Made by a program: the position numbers and the translations under genes
Part shown: positions 9,906 to 17,860 of the stretch, piece after piece
Numbering within the stretch: position 1 is the stretch's first letter
How the letters are laid out: each line of letters begins with the position of its first letter
Notes under the pieces: generated by a model
Databases searched by the model: none
What the model was told of the DNA's origin: nothing
The model's input: the letters and a program-made list of their open reading frames with translations, nothing else
Assembly: GCA_017986055.1 (NCBI GenBank)
Contig: JAGNWH010000004.1
Span: 1,356 to 65,355 of the forward strand
Reading direction: 5' to 3'
Source of the DNA: Limnohabitans sp.
GTDB taxonomy: Bacteria > Pseudomonadota > Gammaproteobacteria > Burkholderiales > Burkholderiaceae_C
DNA length: 64,000 bases

Positions 9906-10517
9906 ATGAAGCCCACACCCAAACAGCCCCTCGCACGCAAAAGCTCTTTGAGCTCGTTGAACAGCTTCATCTTTGCCAGCCGGTGGCTGCAGTTGCCTTT
10001 GTACTTGGGCCTGATTGCCGCGCAAGCCGTGTACGTGTTCCACTTTTGGGTAGAACTGGTGCATTTGCTCGAAGCCGCTTTTGGCAGCCAGACAGCGCTG
10101 CAAGCACTGATCAACGGCATTGGCTACAAAACCACGGCCCCCATCACCTCGCTCAATGAAACCGTGATCATGCTGGTTGTGCTGGGCCTGATCGACGTGG
10201 TCATGATCTCCAACTTGCTGATCATGGTGATCGTGGGAGGCTACGAAACTTTTGTCTCACGCTTGAACCTCGAAGGCCACCCCGACCAACCCGAATGGCT
10301 GGACCATGTCAACGCCTCGGTGCTCAAGGTCAAGCTGGGCACGGCCATCATTGGCATCAGCTCGATCCACTTGCTCAAAACCTTCATCAACGCCGCCAAC
10401 TACGACGAAAAAGTGTTGATGTGGCAAACCGTGATCCACATTGCCTTTTTGCTCAGCGCGATCGCCATTGCCTATGCCGACCGATTGATGTCGCACCACG
10501 ACAAATCCGGCCATTGA
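9906..10517 (+). CDS. TIGR00645/UPF0114 (YqhA-like) membrane protein
   Basis: FASRWLQLPLYLGL, MVIVGGYETFVSRL, LKVKL..AIIGISSIHLLKTF. Confidence 0.88.
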   Translation: MKPTPKQPLARKSSLSSLNSFIFASRWLQLPLYLGLIAAQAVYVFHFWVELVHLLEAAFGSQTALQALINGIGYKTTAPITSLNETVIMLVVLGLIDVVMISNLLIMVIVGGYETFVSRLNLEGHPDQPEWLDHVNASVLKVKLGTAIIGISSIHLLKTFINAANYDEKVLMWQTVIHIAFLLSAIAIAYADRLMSHHDKSGH

Positions 10518-10556
10518 ATTCCATCGTTTTTTGACCCTCCACTGGACCACCTCACC

Positions 10557-12110
10557 ATGACCACTGTGATCAAACAAGCCGACCTGATCGAATCCGTCGC
10601 CGCCGCGCTGCAGTACATCAGCTACTACCACCCGGCCGACTACATCGCCCACTTGGCCAAGGCCTATGAGCGCGAACAAAGCCCGGCCGCCAAGGACGCA
10701 ATCGCTCAAATCCTGACCAACAGCAAGATGAGCGCCACAGGCCATCGCCCGATCTGCCAAGACACAGGCATCGTCAACGTGTTCCTGAAAGTAGGCATGG
10801 ATGTGCGCTGGGACGGTTTTACCGGCAGCTTGGACGACGCCGTCAACGAAGGCGTGCGCCGTGGTTACAACCACCCAGACAACACCCTGCGTGCCTCTGT
10901 GGTGGCTGACCCGCACTTCAACCGCAAAAACACCAAGGACAACACGCCCGCCGTGATCTTTACCGAGATCGTGCCGGGCAACAAAGTCGACGTGACCGTT
11001 GCAGCCAAAGGCGGTGGCAGCGAAAACAAATCCAAGATGATCATGCTCAACCCCGGCGACAGCATCGTCGACTGGGTGCTCAAAACCGTGCCCACCATGG
11101 GCGCAGGCTGGTGCCCACCTGGCATGCTGGGCATCGGCATTGGCGGCACCGCTGAAAAAGCCGTGCTCATGGCCAAGGAAAGCCTGATGGACGACCTGGA
11201 CATGTACCAATTGCTCGAGAAATCCAGCAAAGGCGAGAAGCTCGACCAAGTCGAAGAAATGCGCCTGGAGCTGTACCACAAAGTCAACGCCTTGGGCATT
11301 GGCGCACAGGGTCTCGGCGGTTTGACCACCGTGCTCGACATCAAAATCAAGATGTACCCCACCCACGCAGCCAGCAAGCCCGTGGCCATGATCCCCAACT
11401 GCGCGGCCACCCGCCACGCGCACTTTGTGCTGGACGGCTCTGGCCCCACTTACCTCGAAGCGCCATCGCTGGACCTGTGGCCCAACGTGAACTGGACACC
11501 CGACACCGAGAAAAGCCAACGCGTGGACCTGAACGCCCTCACGCCCGCCGAAGTCGCGAGCTGGAAACCTGGCCAGACGCTGCTGCTCAACGGCAAGATG
11601 CTGACAGGCCGCGACGCCGCACACAAACGCATCCAGGACATGTTGGCCAAGGGCGAGCCCCTGCCGGTGGACTTCACCAACCGCGTGATCTATTACGTGG
11701 GCCCAGTGGACCCCGTGGGCGACGAGGCCGTGGGACCCGCAGGCCCGACCACAGCCACCCGCATGGACGGCTTCACCGAAATGATGCTGGCTAAAACAGG
11801 CCTGATTGCCATGATCGGCAAAGCCGAGCGCGGCCCGGTGGCCATCGAAGCCATCCAAAAACACAAGTCGGCCTACCTCATGGCCGTGGGCGGCGCGGCT
11901 TACCTCGTGTCCAAAGCCATCAAGCACGCCAAGGTGGTGGGATTTGCCGACATGGGCATGGAAGCCATCTATGAATTTGACGTGGTCGACATGCCCGTGA
12001 CGGTGGCGGTAGACGCGGGCGGCACCAGCGCCCACATCACCGGCCCGGCCGAATGGCAAAAGCGCATCGCCACAGGCGAGTTCAAGGGCATTGGCGTGAC
12101 CGCGGGCTGA
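10557..12110 (+). CDS. fumA: Class I Fe-S fumarate hydratase
   Basis: PICQDTG, AKGGGSENKS, GWCPPG, PNCAATRH, TGRDAAHKR, GPTTATRMD. Confidence 0.93.
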   Translation: MTTVIKQADLIESVAAALQYISYYHPADYIAHLAKAYEREQSPAAKDAIAQILTNSKMSATGHRPICQDTGIVNVFLKVGMDVRWDGFTGSLDDAVNEGVRRGYNHPDNTLRASVVADPHFNRKNTKDNTPAVIFTEIVPGNKVDVTVAAKGGGSENKSKMIMLNPGDSIVDWVLKTVPTMGAGWCPPGMLGIGIGGTAEKAVLMAKESLMDDLDMYQLLEKSSKGEKLDQVEEMRLELYHKVNALGIGAQGLGGLTTVLDIKIKMYPTHAASKPVAMIPNCAATRHAHFVLDGSGPTYLEAPSLDLWPNVNWTPDTEKSQRVDLNALTPAEVASWKPGQTLLLNGKMLTGRDAAHKRIQDMLAKGEPLPVDFTNRVIYYVGPVDPVGDEAVGPAGPTTATRMDGFTEMMLAKTGLIAMIGKAERGPVAIEAIQKHKSAYLMAVGGAAYLVSKAIKHAKVVGFADMGMEAIYEFDVVDMPVTVAVDAGGTSAHITGPAEWQKRIATGEFKGIGVTAG

Positions 12111-12154
12111 ATGTGAAGCGGCGGTGGTCACCAGCCATCGCGCTCGCCTGATCC

Positions 12155-13006
12155 ATGACTGAATCACCCATCGGCGTTTTTGACAGCGGCATCGGCGGCC
12201 TGAGCATCTTGCAGTCTCTGCTGGCTGCTCTGCCTGCCGAACACTTTGTCTATTGGGCAGACAACGGTCATGCACCCTACGGAGAAAAAACCGATTTGTT
12301 CGTACGCCAGCGCAGCCTGGCCATTGCAGATCACTTGATCAAACGGCACCACATCAAAGCCTTGGTGGTGGCCTGCAACACAGCCACCGCGGCGGCCATA
12401 CATGAGTTGCGCACACAGCACCCGCACCTGATCCTCATTGGTGTCGAGCCGGCCCTGAAACCCGCCTTAAAAATCAGCCAGACTGGGCATATCGGGGTCA
12501 TCGGTACACGGGGCACACTGGGCAGTGAAAAGTTCCATCGTCTGCTGACCAGCCTCGAAGACCAGGCCCAGTTCACCGTGCAGCCTTGCAACGGACTGGC
12601 GCTGGCCATCGAGCAAAGCACCCATCTGACGATGGGGGCCACTGCGACCGAGCGAATCACCGAATTGCTGCAAACCTATACCCGTGAGATGGGTGATTTC
12701 GGACAAGCCCCCGGCCAGATGGACACACTGGTTCTGGGATGCACCCACTATGTATTTGCCGAAAGTGCACTGCGCGAACTGCTAGGACCGCAGGTGCATC
12801 TGGTCTCTACCGGCCAGCCTGTAGCGCGGCAAACGCGGCGCTTGCTGGAGGCAGCCGCCCTGCTGCGCAGTGGCCCTGGCCCACACGCATTGGCCAACCG
12901 CATCAGCCTGCTGAGCAATGGTGACTTGGCCAGCCTGCAAGCGGCAGCACAACGCTGGCTGGGTCTACCGCACGCTGTCTGCCAGCGGGCAGACGCACAC
13001 GTTTAA
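12155..13006 (+). CDS. murI: Glutamate racemase
   Basis: FDSGIGGLS, VACNTAT, VLGCTHY catalytic motifs. Confidence 0.96.
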   Translation: MTESPIGVFDSGIGGLSILQSLLAALPAEHFVYWADNGHAPYGEKTDLFVRQRSLAIADHLIKRHHIKALVVACNTATAAAIHELRTQHPHLILIGVEPALKPALKISQTGHIGVIGTRGTLGSEKFHRLLTSLEDQAQFTVQPCNGLALAIEQSTHLTMGATATERITELLQTYTREMGDFGQAPGQMDTLVLGCTHYVFAESALRELLGPQVHLVSTGQPVARQTRRLLEAAALLRSGPGPHALANRISLLSNGDLASLQAAAQRWLGLPHAVCQRADAHV

Positions 13007-14308
13007 TCAGTCTTGCCCCAAGGCCATGCGCCGTCCACGGGCCACATTGACGGGCATGAGCAAAACCAGACCCAACACAAACAAGAGCGAGGTCGAGCCA
13101 ATGGCCAGGCGCTGATTGCCACCGCTCAGCCAAGTGATCAGGCCATAGCTCAAGGGGCCGACGATGCTGGCCAGACGGATCGCAAAAGTCCAAAGACCAA
13201 AGAACTCGCCCAAGCGCTCAGGTGGCGCCATCAGGCCTGCCATGGCCCGACCAGAAGACTGACTCGAGCCCATGCAGAGGCCCGCAATGGCGGCAGCCCA
13301 CCAGAACACCTCCTTGGTGCTCGACAAAGCCGCGATCACACACGTCAATATCCAACCCAGCAAAGTCAAGGACAACGCCAACTTGTGGCCCATCCGGTCT
13401 TGGGCATAACCAAACACAAAAGCGCCCACAAAGGCTGCGATGTTCAGTACAAAGATCAGAACCATGGTCTCTTGTGCTTGAAACCCAATGACCTGTTCGG
13501 CGTAAATGGCCGCCAACGAAATGGCCACCGCCACCCCGCCCTGATAGGCCACCGCGCATGCCATCAGTCGGGTGAAATCTTTGTACGGGCGTGCGTCGCG
13601 GAATGTTTGAGCCAAACCTTGCAAGCTTGCCAGCATGCCCACAACAGGCGCGTCTGGCTGGGGTTTAGCGTGCTCACGCATCAAGACAAAAGTCACGCAA
13701 GCCGCAACGCCATAAACCAAGGCGGTGATCAACATGGTCACCGGCACAAATTGACCGCCTGTCTCACCCCGCGCTTGCGCTGCCAATACATAGGCCAAGC
13801 AGACACCCAGCGTGAGCATGCCGCCGATGTAACCCACCGCCCAGCCCCAACCGCTGACGCGGCCCATGGCTTGGGGTTGGGCCAGTTCGGGCAAAAAAGA
13901 AGCGGTCAAAGACTCGCCATAAGAAAAGAATGTGTTGGAGATCACCAGGATCAGCAAACCCAAAGCCACCTGCCCCGGCCCCACGAGGGCCAATGCCGCC
14001 GTGCTGATCACGCAGCCCGCAGTGACCCACATCAGCAAACGCCTTTTGCCCGCCACACGGTCAGCCCATGCACCCAGCCCCGGCATGGTCAGCATGACGA
14101 TCAGATAAGAAGTACTCAGGGCCGATGTCCAAGCGAGCGTGGCCCAAGGTGCGCCACCCGCCACGCCCCCGACAAAATAGGCCGCAAACACAGCGGTGAT
14201 CACCACGGTGGTGTAGCCAGAATTGGCGAAGTCGTACATCGCCCAGCCAAACACCTCACGCAATCGAACACCTGGGTTAAGAGCTTCGCGCGAGAACATG
14301 GCAGTCAT
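13007..14308 (-). CDS. MFS transporter (UMF1/Atg22-like)
   Basis: WAMYDFANSGY N-terminal motif, about 12 hydrophobic helices, GEFFGLW. Its stop abuts the murI stop with no gap. Confidence 0.88.
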   Translation of the reverse strand: MTAMFSREALNPGVRLREVFGWAMYDFANSGYTTVVITAVFAAYFVGGVAGGAPWATLAWTSALSTSYLIVMLTMPGLGAWADRVAGKRRLLMWVTAGCVISTAALALVGPGQVALGLLILVISNTFFSYGESLTASFLPELAQPQAMGRVSGWGWAVGYIGGMLTLGVCLAYVLAAQARGETGGQFVPVTMLITALVYGVAACVTFVLMREHAKPQPDAPVVGMLASLQGLAQTFRDARPYKDFTRLMACAVAYQGGVAVAISLAAIYAEQVIGFQAQETMVLIFVLNIAAFVGAFVFGYAQDRMGHKLALSLTLLGWILTCVIAALSSTKEVFWWAAAIAGLCMGSSQSSGRAMAGLMAPPERLGEFFGLWTFAIRLASIVGPLSYGLITWLSGGNQRLAIGSTSLLFVLGLVLLMPVNVARGRRMALGQD

Positions 14309-14319
14309 GAATGGGGCTT

Positions 14320-14949
14320 TCAGTGAAGGTGTCTTGGGCGGCGACCGCCGCCACCATGGCCGCTGCTGTTGCCGCCCGAGCCTCTGGGCGGCTTGCCCAG
14401 TTCAAGCGAGCTGACCAAATTGTCAAAACGCTGACTGAACAACTTGTCGATTTCGGCCACGACACCAGACAACTCGGAACCATCAAAATGACGCTCCATC
14501 ATGTTCACCACATCGTGAATCAACAAGTCGCGCTGGGCTTGCATGATCGCGCCTGGATCCGGGCCGACAAACAGCATCACAAAATCATCGCGCGACTCAG
14601 CGCCACTGGCTTCATCTTCGTCGTCAAATTCAGTGTCGTAAAAAGTGACCTCAATCTGAGTGCCCGCAGCAGACAACTCGTTGAGGTTCATGCACAGGTC
14701 TTCCATGACCATGCGAAAGTCTTCGTCACCTCGGACCGTCCAGCACATTTGCAGACGGTGCAAGCCCGCATCAAAACGGATGCCGGGTTCTTCCTCGTAA
14801 AGACTGGGTGAGCCTTCGCTCAGACTGCGAGTTCCTGCGTAACGCCAAAGCGGCTTGAGCGCTTCCTGAATCGCCTGGATGTCGGTGCCGGGTTTGATCG
14901 GCACATCACCATGCACATGAATTTCAAGCGGTGCGTTGTCGTTTTTCAT
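14320..14949 (-). CDS. Conserved hypothetical acidic protein (DUF6806-like)
   Basis: 209 aa with typical codon usage; EIHVHG, EEEPGI, acidic DTEFDDEDE tract and Gly-rich RRPRHLH tail. Confidence 0.7.
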   Translation of the reverse strand: MKNDNAPLEIHVHGDVPIKPGTDIQAIQEALKPLWRYAGTRSLSEGSPSLYEEEPGIRFDAGLHRLQMCWTVRGDEDFRMVMEDLCMNLNELSAAGTQIEVTFYDTEFDDEDEASGAESRDDFVMLFVGPDPGAIMQAQRDLLIHDVVNMMERHFDGSELSGVVAEIDKLFSQRFDNLVSSLELGKPPRGSGGNSSGHGGGGRRPRHLH

Positions 14950-14968
14950 GATGGTGCTTTTGTAACGG

Positions 14969-15061
14969 TGGTGCCCCGAGCCGGAATCGAACCGGCACGC
15001 CCGTTATTCACGAAGCAACGGATTTTAAGTCCGGTGTGTCTACCGATTTCACCACCGGGGC
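14969..15061 (-). tRNA. tRNA-Leu(TAA)
   Basis: GCCCCGGTGGTGAAATCGGTAGACAC...CT-TAA-AA...GTTCGATTCCGGCTCGGGGCACCA; long variable arm; encoded CCA. Confidence 0.96.
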
Positions 15062-15100
15062 ATAGGCTCTATTGTGCCTTGATAAAAACGATTTTTCGGC

Positions 15101-15493
15101 TCAATTAAGCTGCAAGTTCTGCATGGCCAAAACATAAAAAGCGATCACACTGAAATAGCCAACAGCCCAGAAAATGGACCGAAACAAGGCTTTGTCAGCC
15201 AGATAACAAGCGACATAAGCCACTCGCGCCGCCACAAAAAGAACCGCCAACAAATCAACCACGAAAGGATCGACACCCGTCAGCAGCGCCAACACCAAGC
15301 CAACGGCAAAAAATGGAAAGGCCTCCAAGCTGTTCGCCTGAGCGGCATTGGCCCGCGCTCTAAAGCCACTTTGCTGTGCCAGCCAAGCACGGGGGTTGTG
15401 GTTGTCATAGCCCTTGGCGCCCGCCTTGGCAATGCCCGCACAAAACACAGGCATCAAGCCAGCGACCAAAACACAGGCGTAAGAAATCACCAT
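15101..15493 (-). CDS. MAPEG family membrane protein
   Basis: YDNHNPRAWL...RARANAAQANSLEAFPFFA, ARVAYVACYLAD. Confidence 0.9.
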   Translation of the reverse strand: MVISYACVLVAGLMPVFCAGIAKAGAKGYDNHNPRAWLAQQSGFRARANAAQANSLEAFPFFAVGLVLALLTGVDPFVVDLLAVLFVAARVAYVACYLADKALFRSIFWAVGYFSVIAFYVLAMQNLQLN

Positions 15494-15556
15494 TGCAGCT
15501 CACATTTCAATTTGACAGCGCCGGATCGCCAAACAACACCTTGTGCGCGAACCAAC

Positions 15557-15584
15557 AAAAAAGCCACTGAGGATCAGTGGCTTT
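15557..15584 (-). terminator. Intrinsic terminator of the 56-aa ORF
   Basis: AAAGCCACTGA-GGA-TCAGTGGCTTT hairpin followed by a U-tract on the minus strand. Confidence 0.7.
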
Positions 15585-15621
15585 GGGCATTAAAGAACCG
15601 GCTCACACCAGGTCCGTTCAA

Positions 15622-15792
15622 TCAGCCGCCTTTTTTGGAGCGCTTGCCGGGGTTCTTCTTGTTGCGGGTTGAAACACCACGCTCCAAACTCACTCGCTGA
15701 CCGCGGCCATGCGTAGGCAAGGTCACGCCAGGCAATGCAGGCAGGGGTGCTGTGAATTTACGATCTGCTTCGGTAACGATTTTGTTGCCCAT
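15622..15792 (-). CDS. Small basic hypothetical protein (56 aa)
   Basis: MGNKIVTEADRKFTAPLPALPGVTLPTHGRGQRVSLERGVSTRNKKNPGKRSKKGG*; GGAG RBS, own terminator; below the ORF track cutoff. Confidence 0.7.
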   Translation of the reverse strand: MGNKIVTEADRKFTAPLPALPGVTLPTHGRGQRVSLERGVSTRNKKNPGKRSKKGG

Positions 15793-15920
15793 CTATGGCT
15801 CCAGATAAATAATGCAAAGCGATATTAGGCCACAAGAATGCACTGTTTTGAGCGGTGATCGCGTCAAGTTGACATCGATCCGCATGGCTTGGGTCATTGA
15901 ACAGGCGATAAACTGGCCAC

Positions 15921-16454
15921 ATGGACTTCACTCCCCTGTTGATCGTGGCCTATTTCGCCTTGTTGGCGATCACCCTTCGCAAACGCGGGGGCAGCATTGA
16001 GGGGCCCTGGCTTTTTTTCTTTCGCGCGTTTTTCCCCAACTGGAAGTTCTTCCACGGCATCAACCTCACCCCTCGCCTGTATGTTCGTGGCCAATCGAAA
16101 ATGGGCAACTGGTCCGACTGGTGCCTGGTTTATCCAAGGTTGCCTCTCAGACCACAGCATCTGGTCCACAACCCGGCCGTCAACTTGGCACTCACGCACC
16201 AAAACCTGGTTGATCACCTGGCCAACGACATCAACGACTTGCCCGATGGCACAGACATACGGCAACGGGTAACTTACCAGTTGGTCAGTCGTTTGGCCCG
16301 GCAAGCCATTGCAGGCGGGCAATGGGGTGATCGCCCCATGATGGCCGAAGAACCGCTACGCGACCTTTCGGCTTTCCAGTTTGAAGTGCGAATGGAAATG
16401 CCTGGAACTCAAAGCAGCCATCTCATGCTGCAATCGCCAGAAATACCCACATGA
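15921..16454 (+). CDS. Hypothetical membrane-anchored protein resembling LinL/CypL (SdpA-like partner of HTTM proteins)
   Basis: N-terminal TM helix then FFPNWKFF...LYVR...W..W...R..HLVHNP pattern; ATGA overlap with the HTTM gene. Confidence 0.6.
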   Translation: MDFTPLLIVAYFALLAITLRKRGGSIEGPWLFFFRAFFPNWKFFHGINLTPRLYVRGQSKMGNWSDWCLVYPRLPLRPQHLVHNPAVNLALTHQNLVDHLANDINDLPDGTDIRQRVTYQLVSRLARQAIAGGQWGDRPMMAEEPLRDLSAFQFEVRMEMPGTQSSHLMLQSPEIPT

Positions 16455-17236
16455 GCTTGACACTGGCCATTCGCATTTTTGAAGTTCTGCTGGGCTGGAG
16501 CCTTCTGCTGCAAACGCTTGAATACCTGCGTGTGCAGTCACTGGATCGCGTGGCCGTCTGGCCGATTCTTCAACAAGAAATTCCCACACGACCCGCCTGG
16601 ATCAAATTTTGTCTGAACAAGCTGTTCCAGCCACGCCCCTACAAAGCATTGCTGGGCTTGCGTCTGGCGCTCGCGATTGCATTGATGTTGGGGCACATCG
16701 GATTGATCGGAGCCCTGCTGCTCTTTTTGATCGCGATGCTCTTGCTTTTGCGCTGGCGCGGGGCGTTCAATGGCGGCAGCGACTTCATGACCCTGGTCGC
16801 CATCACAGGACTCTTGCTGGCGCACATTGTGGGCAGCCTGACAGACAGCCCCCTGGGCTGGCGAGCCGGTCTTTGGTACATCAGCCTGCAAACGATCAGC
16901 TCGTATTTCGTCTCCGGCTGGGTCAAGCTCATGCGTCCAGAGTGGCGGTCAGGCCGCGCCATGACGCTCTTTTTAGACACCGGCGTTTATGGCCCATTGC
17001 CTGCCAAGAGCATTTTCAGGAACCCCACTGTCGCCAGGATCTGTTCCTGGTCGTTTACGGTTTGGGAAGGCTGCTTTCCAATCGCGCTGCTCGATGTTCG
17101 ACTGGCCTGGATGTTTTGCGCTGTGGCGGCCCTCTTCCACTTTCTGGTGTTCGTGTTCTTCGGCCTCAACCGGTTTTTCTGGGCTTGGACAGCCACGTTC
17201 CCGGCCGTTTTGTATTGCTCGGGTGCCAAATGGTAA
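16451..17236 (+). CDS. HTTM-domain membrane protein (LinG/SdpB/VKGC-like)
   Basis: NGGSDFM, YFVSGWVKL..PEWRSGRA, WE..FP, FH......GLNRFFWAW.ATFPA; multiple TM helices. Confidence 0.75.
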   Translation: MSLTLAIRIFEVLLGWSLLLQTLEYLRVQSLDRVAVWPILQQEIPTRPAWIKFCLNKLFQPRPYKALLGLRLALAIALMLGHIGLIGALLLFLIAMLLLLRWRGAFNGGSDFMTLVAITGLLLAHIVGSLTDSPLGWRAGLWYISLQTISSYFVSGWVKLMRPEWRSGRAMTLFLDTGVYGPLPAKSIFRNPTVARICSWSFTVWEGCFPIALLDVRLAWMFCAVAALFHFLVFVFFGLNRFFWAWTATFPAVLYCSGAKW

Positions 17237-17270
17237 AAAGCCGCTACGGCATGAAGCAGTAGCGGCTTTC
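17236..17270. terminator. Bidirectional terminator between the HTTM gene and tRNA-Cys
   Basis: AAAAGCCGCTAC-N11-GTAGCGGCTTT hairpin. Confidence 0.7.
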
Positions 17271-17274
17271 TATC

Positions 17275-17348
17275 TGGAGGCGCGACCCAGAGTCGAACTG
17301 GGCTAGACGGATTTGCAATCCGTTGCATAACCGCTTTGCTATCGCGCC
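17275..17348 (-). tRNA. tRNA-Cys(GCA)
   Basis: GGCGCGATAGCAAAGCGGTTATGCAACGGATT-GCA-AATCCGT...GTTCGACTCTGGGTCGCGCCTCCA, 74 nt. Confidence 0.97.
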
Positions 17349-17429
17349 AGAATCAAAATCATGCTGACAAAAATGGGAAGCTGGTGCTTCCCATTTTTTT
17401 TGAAAGACGTTGAAACTTCTTTCAATGTT

Positions 17430-17505
<76 letters not shown>

Positions 17506-17688
17506 ATTCTAAGCCTCGAATTATACATCGAGAAAATGCAGTTTTCTCCATCACGGGAATCAAAAAACCATGTTCTTGGTCAATCGAAACGCCGAACTTG
17601 AGGGCACCATTTTTGAGACCCAACAAACAAAAAAGGGAAGCGATTGCTTCCCTTTTTGCTGAAAGATATTGGTACTTCTTTCAATGTT

Positions 17689-17764
<76 letters not shown>

Positions 17765-17860
17765 ATTTCAGTGAACTTGGCATTGTATGCTTTGTTCGCT
17801 GCGTTGGATGAATTGTAATGCAGATTTCAGGGCATTTTGAGGTGCCCCGAAAAATTTGCA

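Noticed and set aside
15062-17274. Prophage or integrative element at tRNA-Cys, tRNA-Leu or guaA
   Set aside because: No integrase, transposase or duplicated tRNA/guaA 3' end found by eye.
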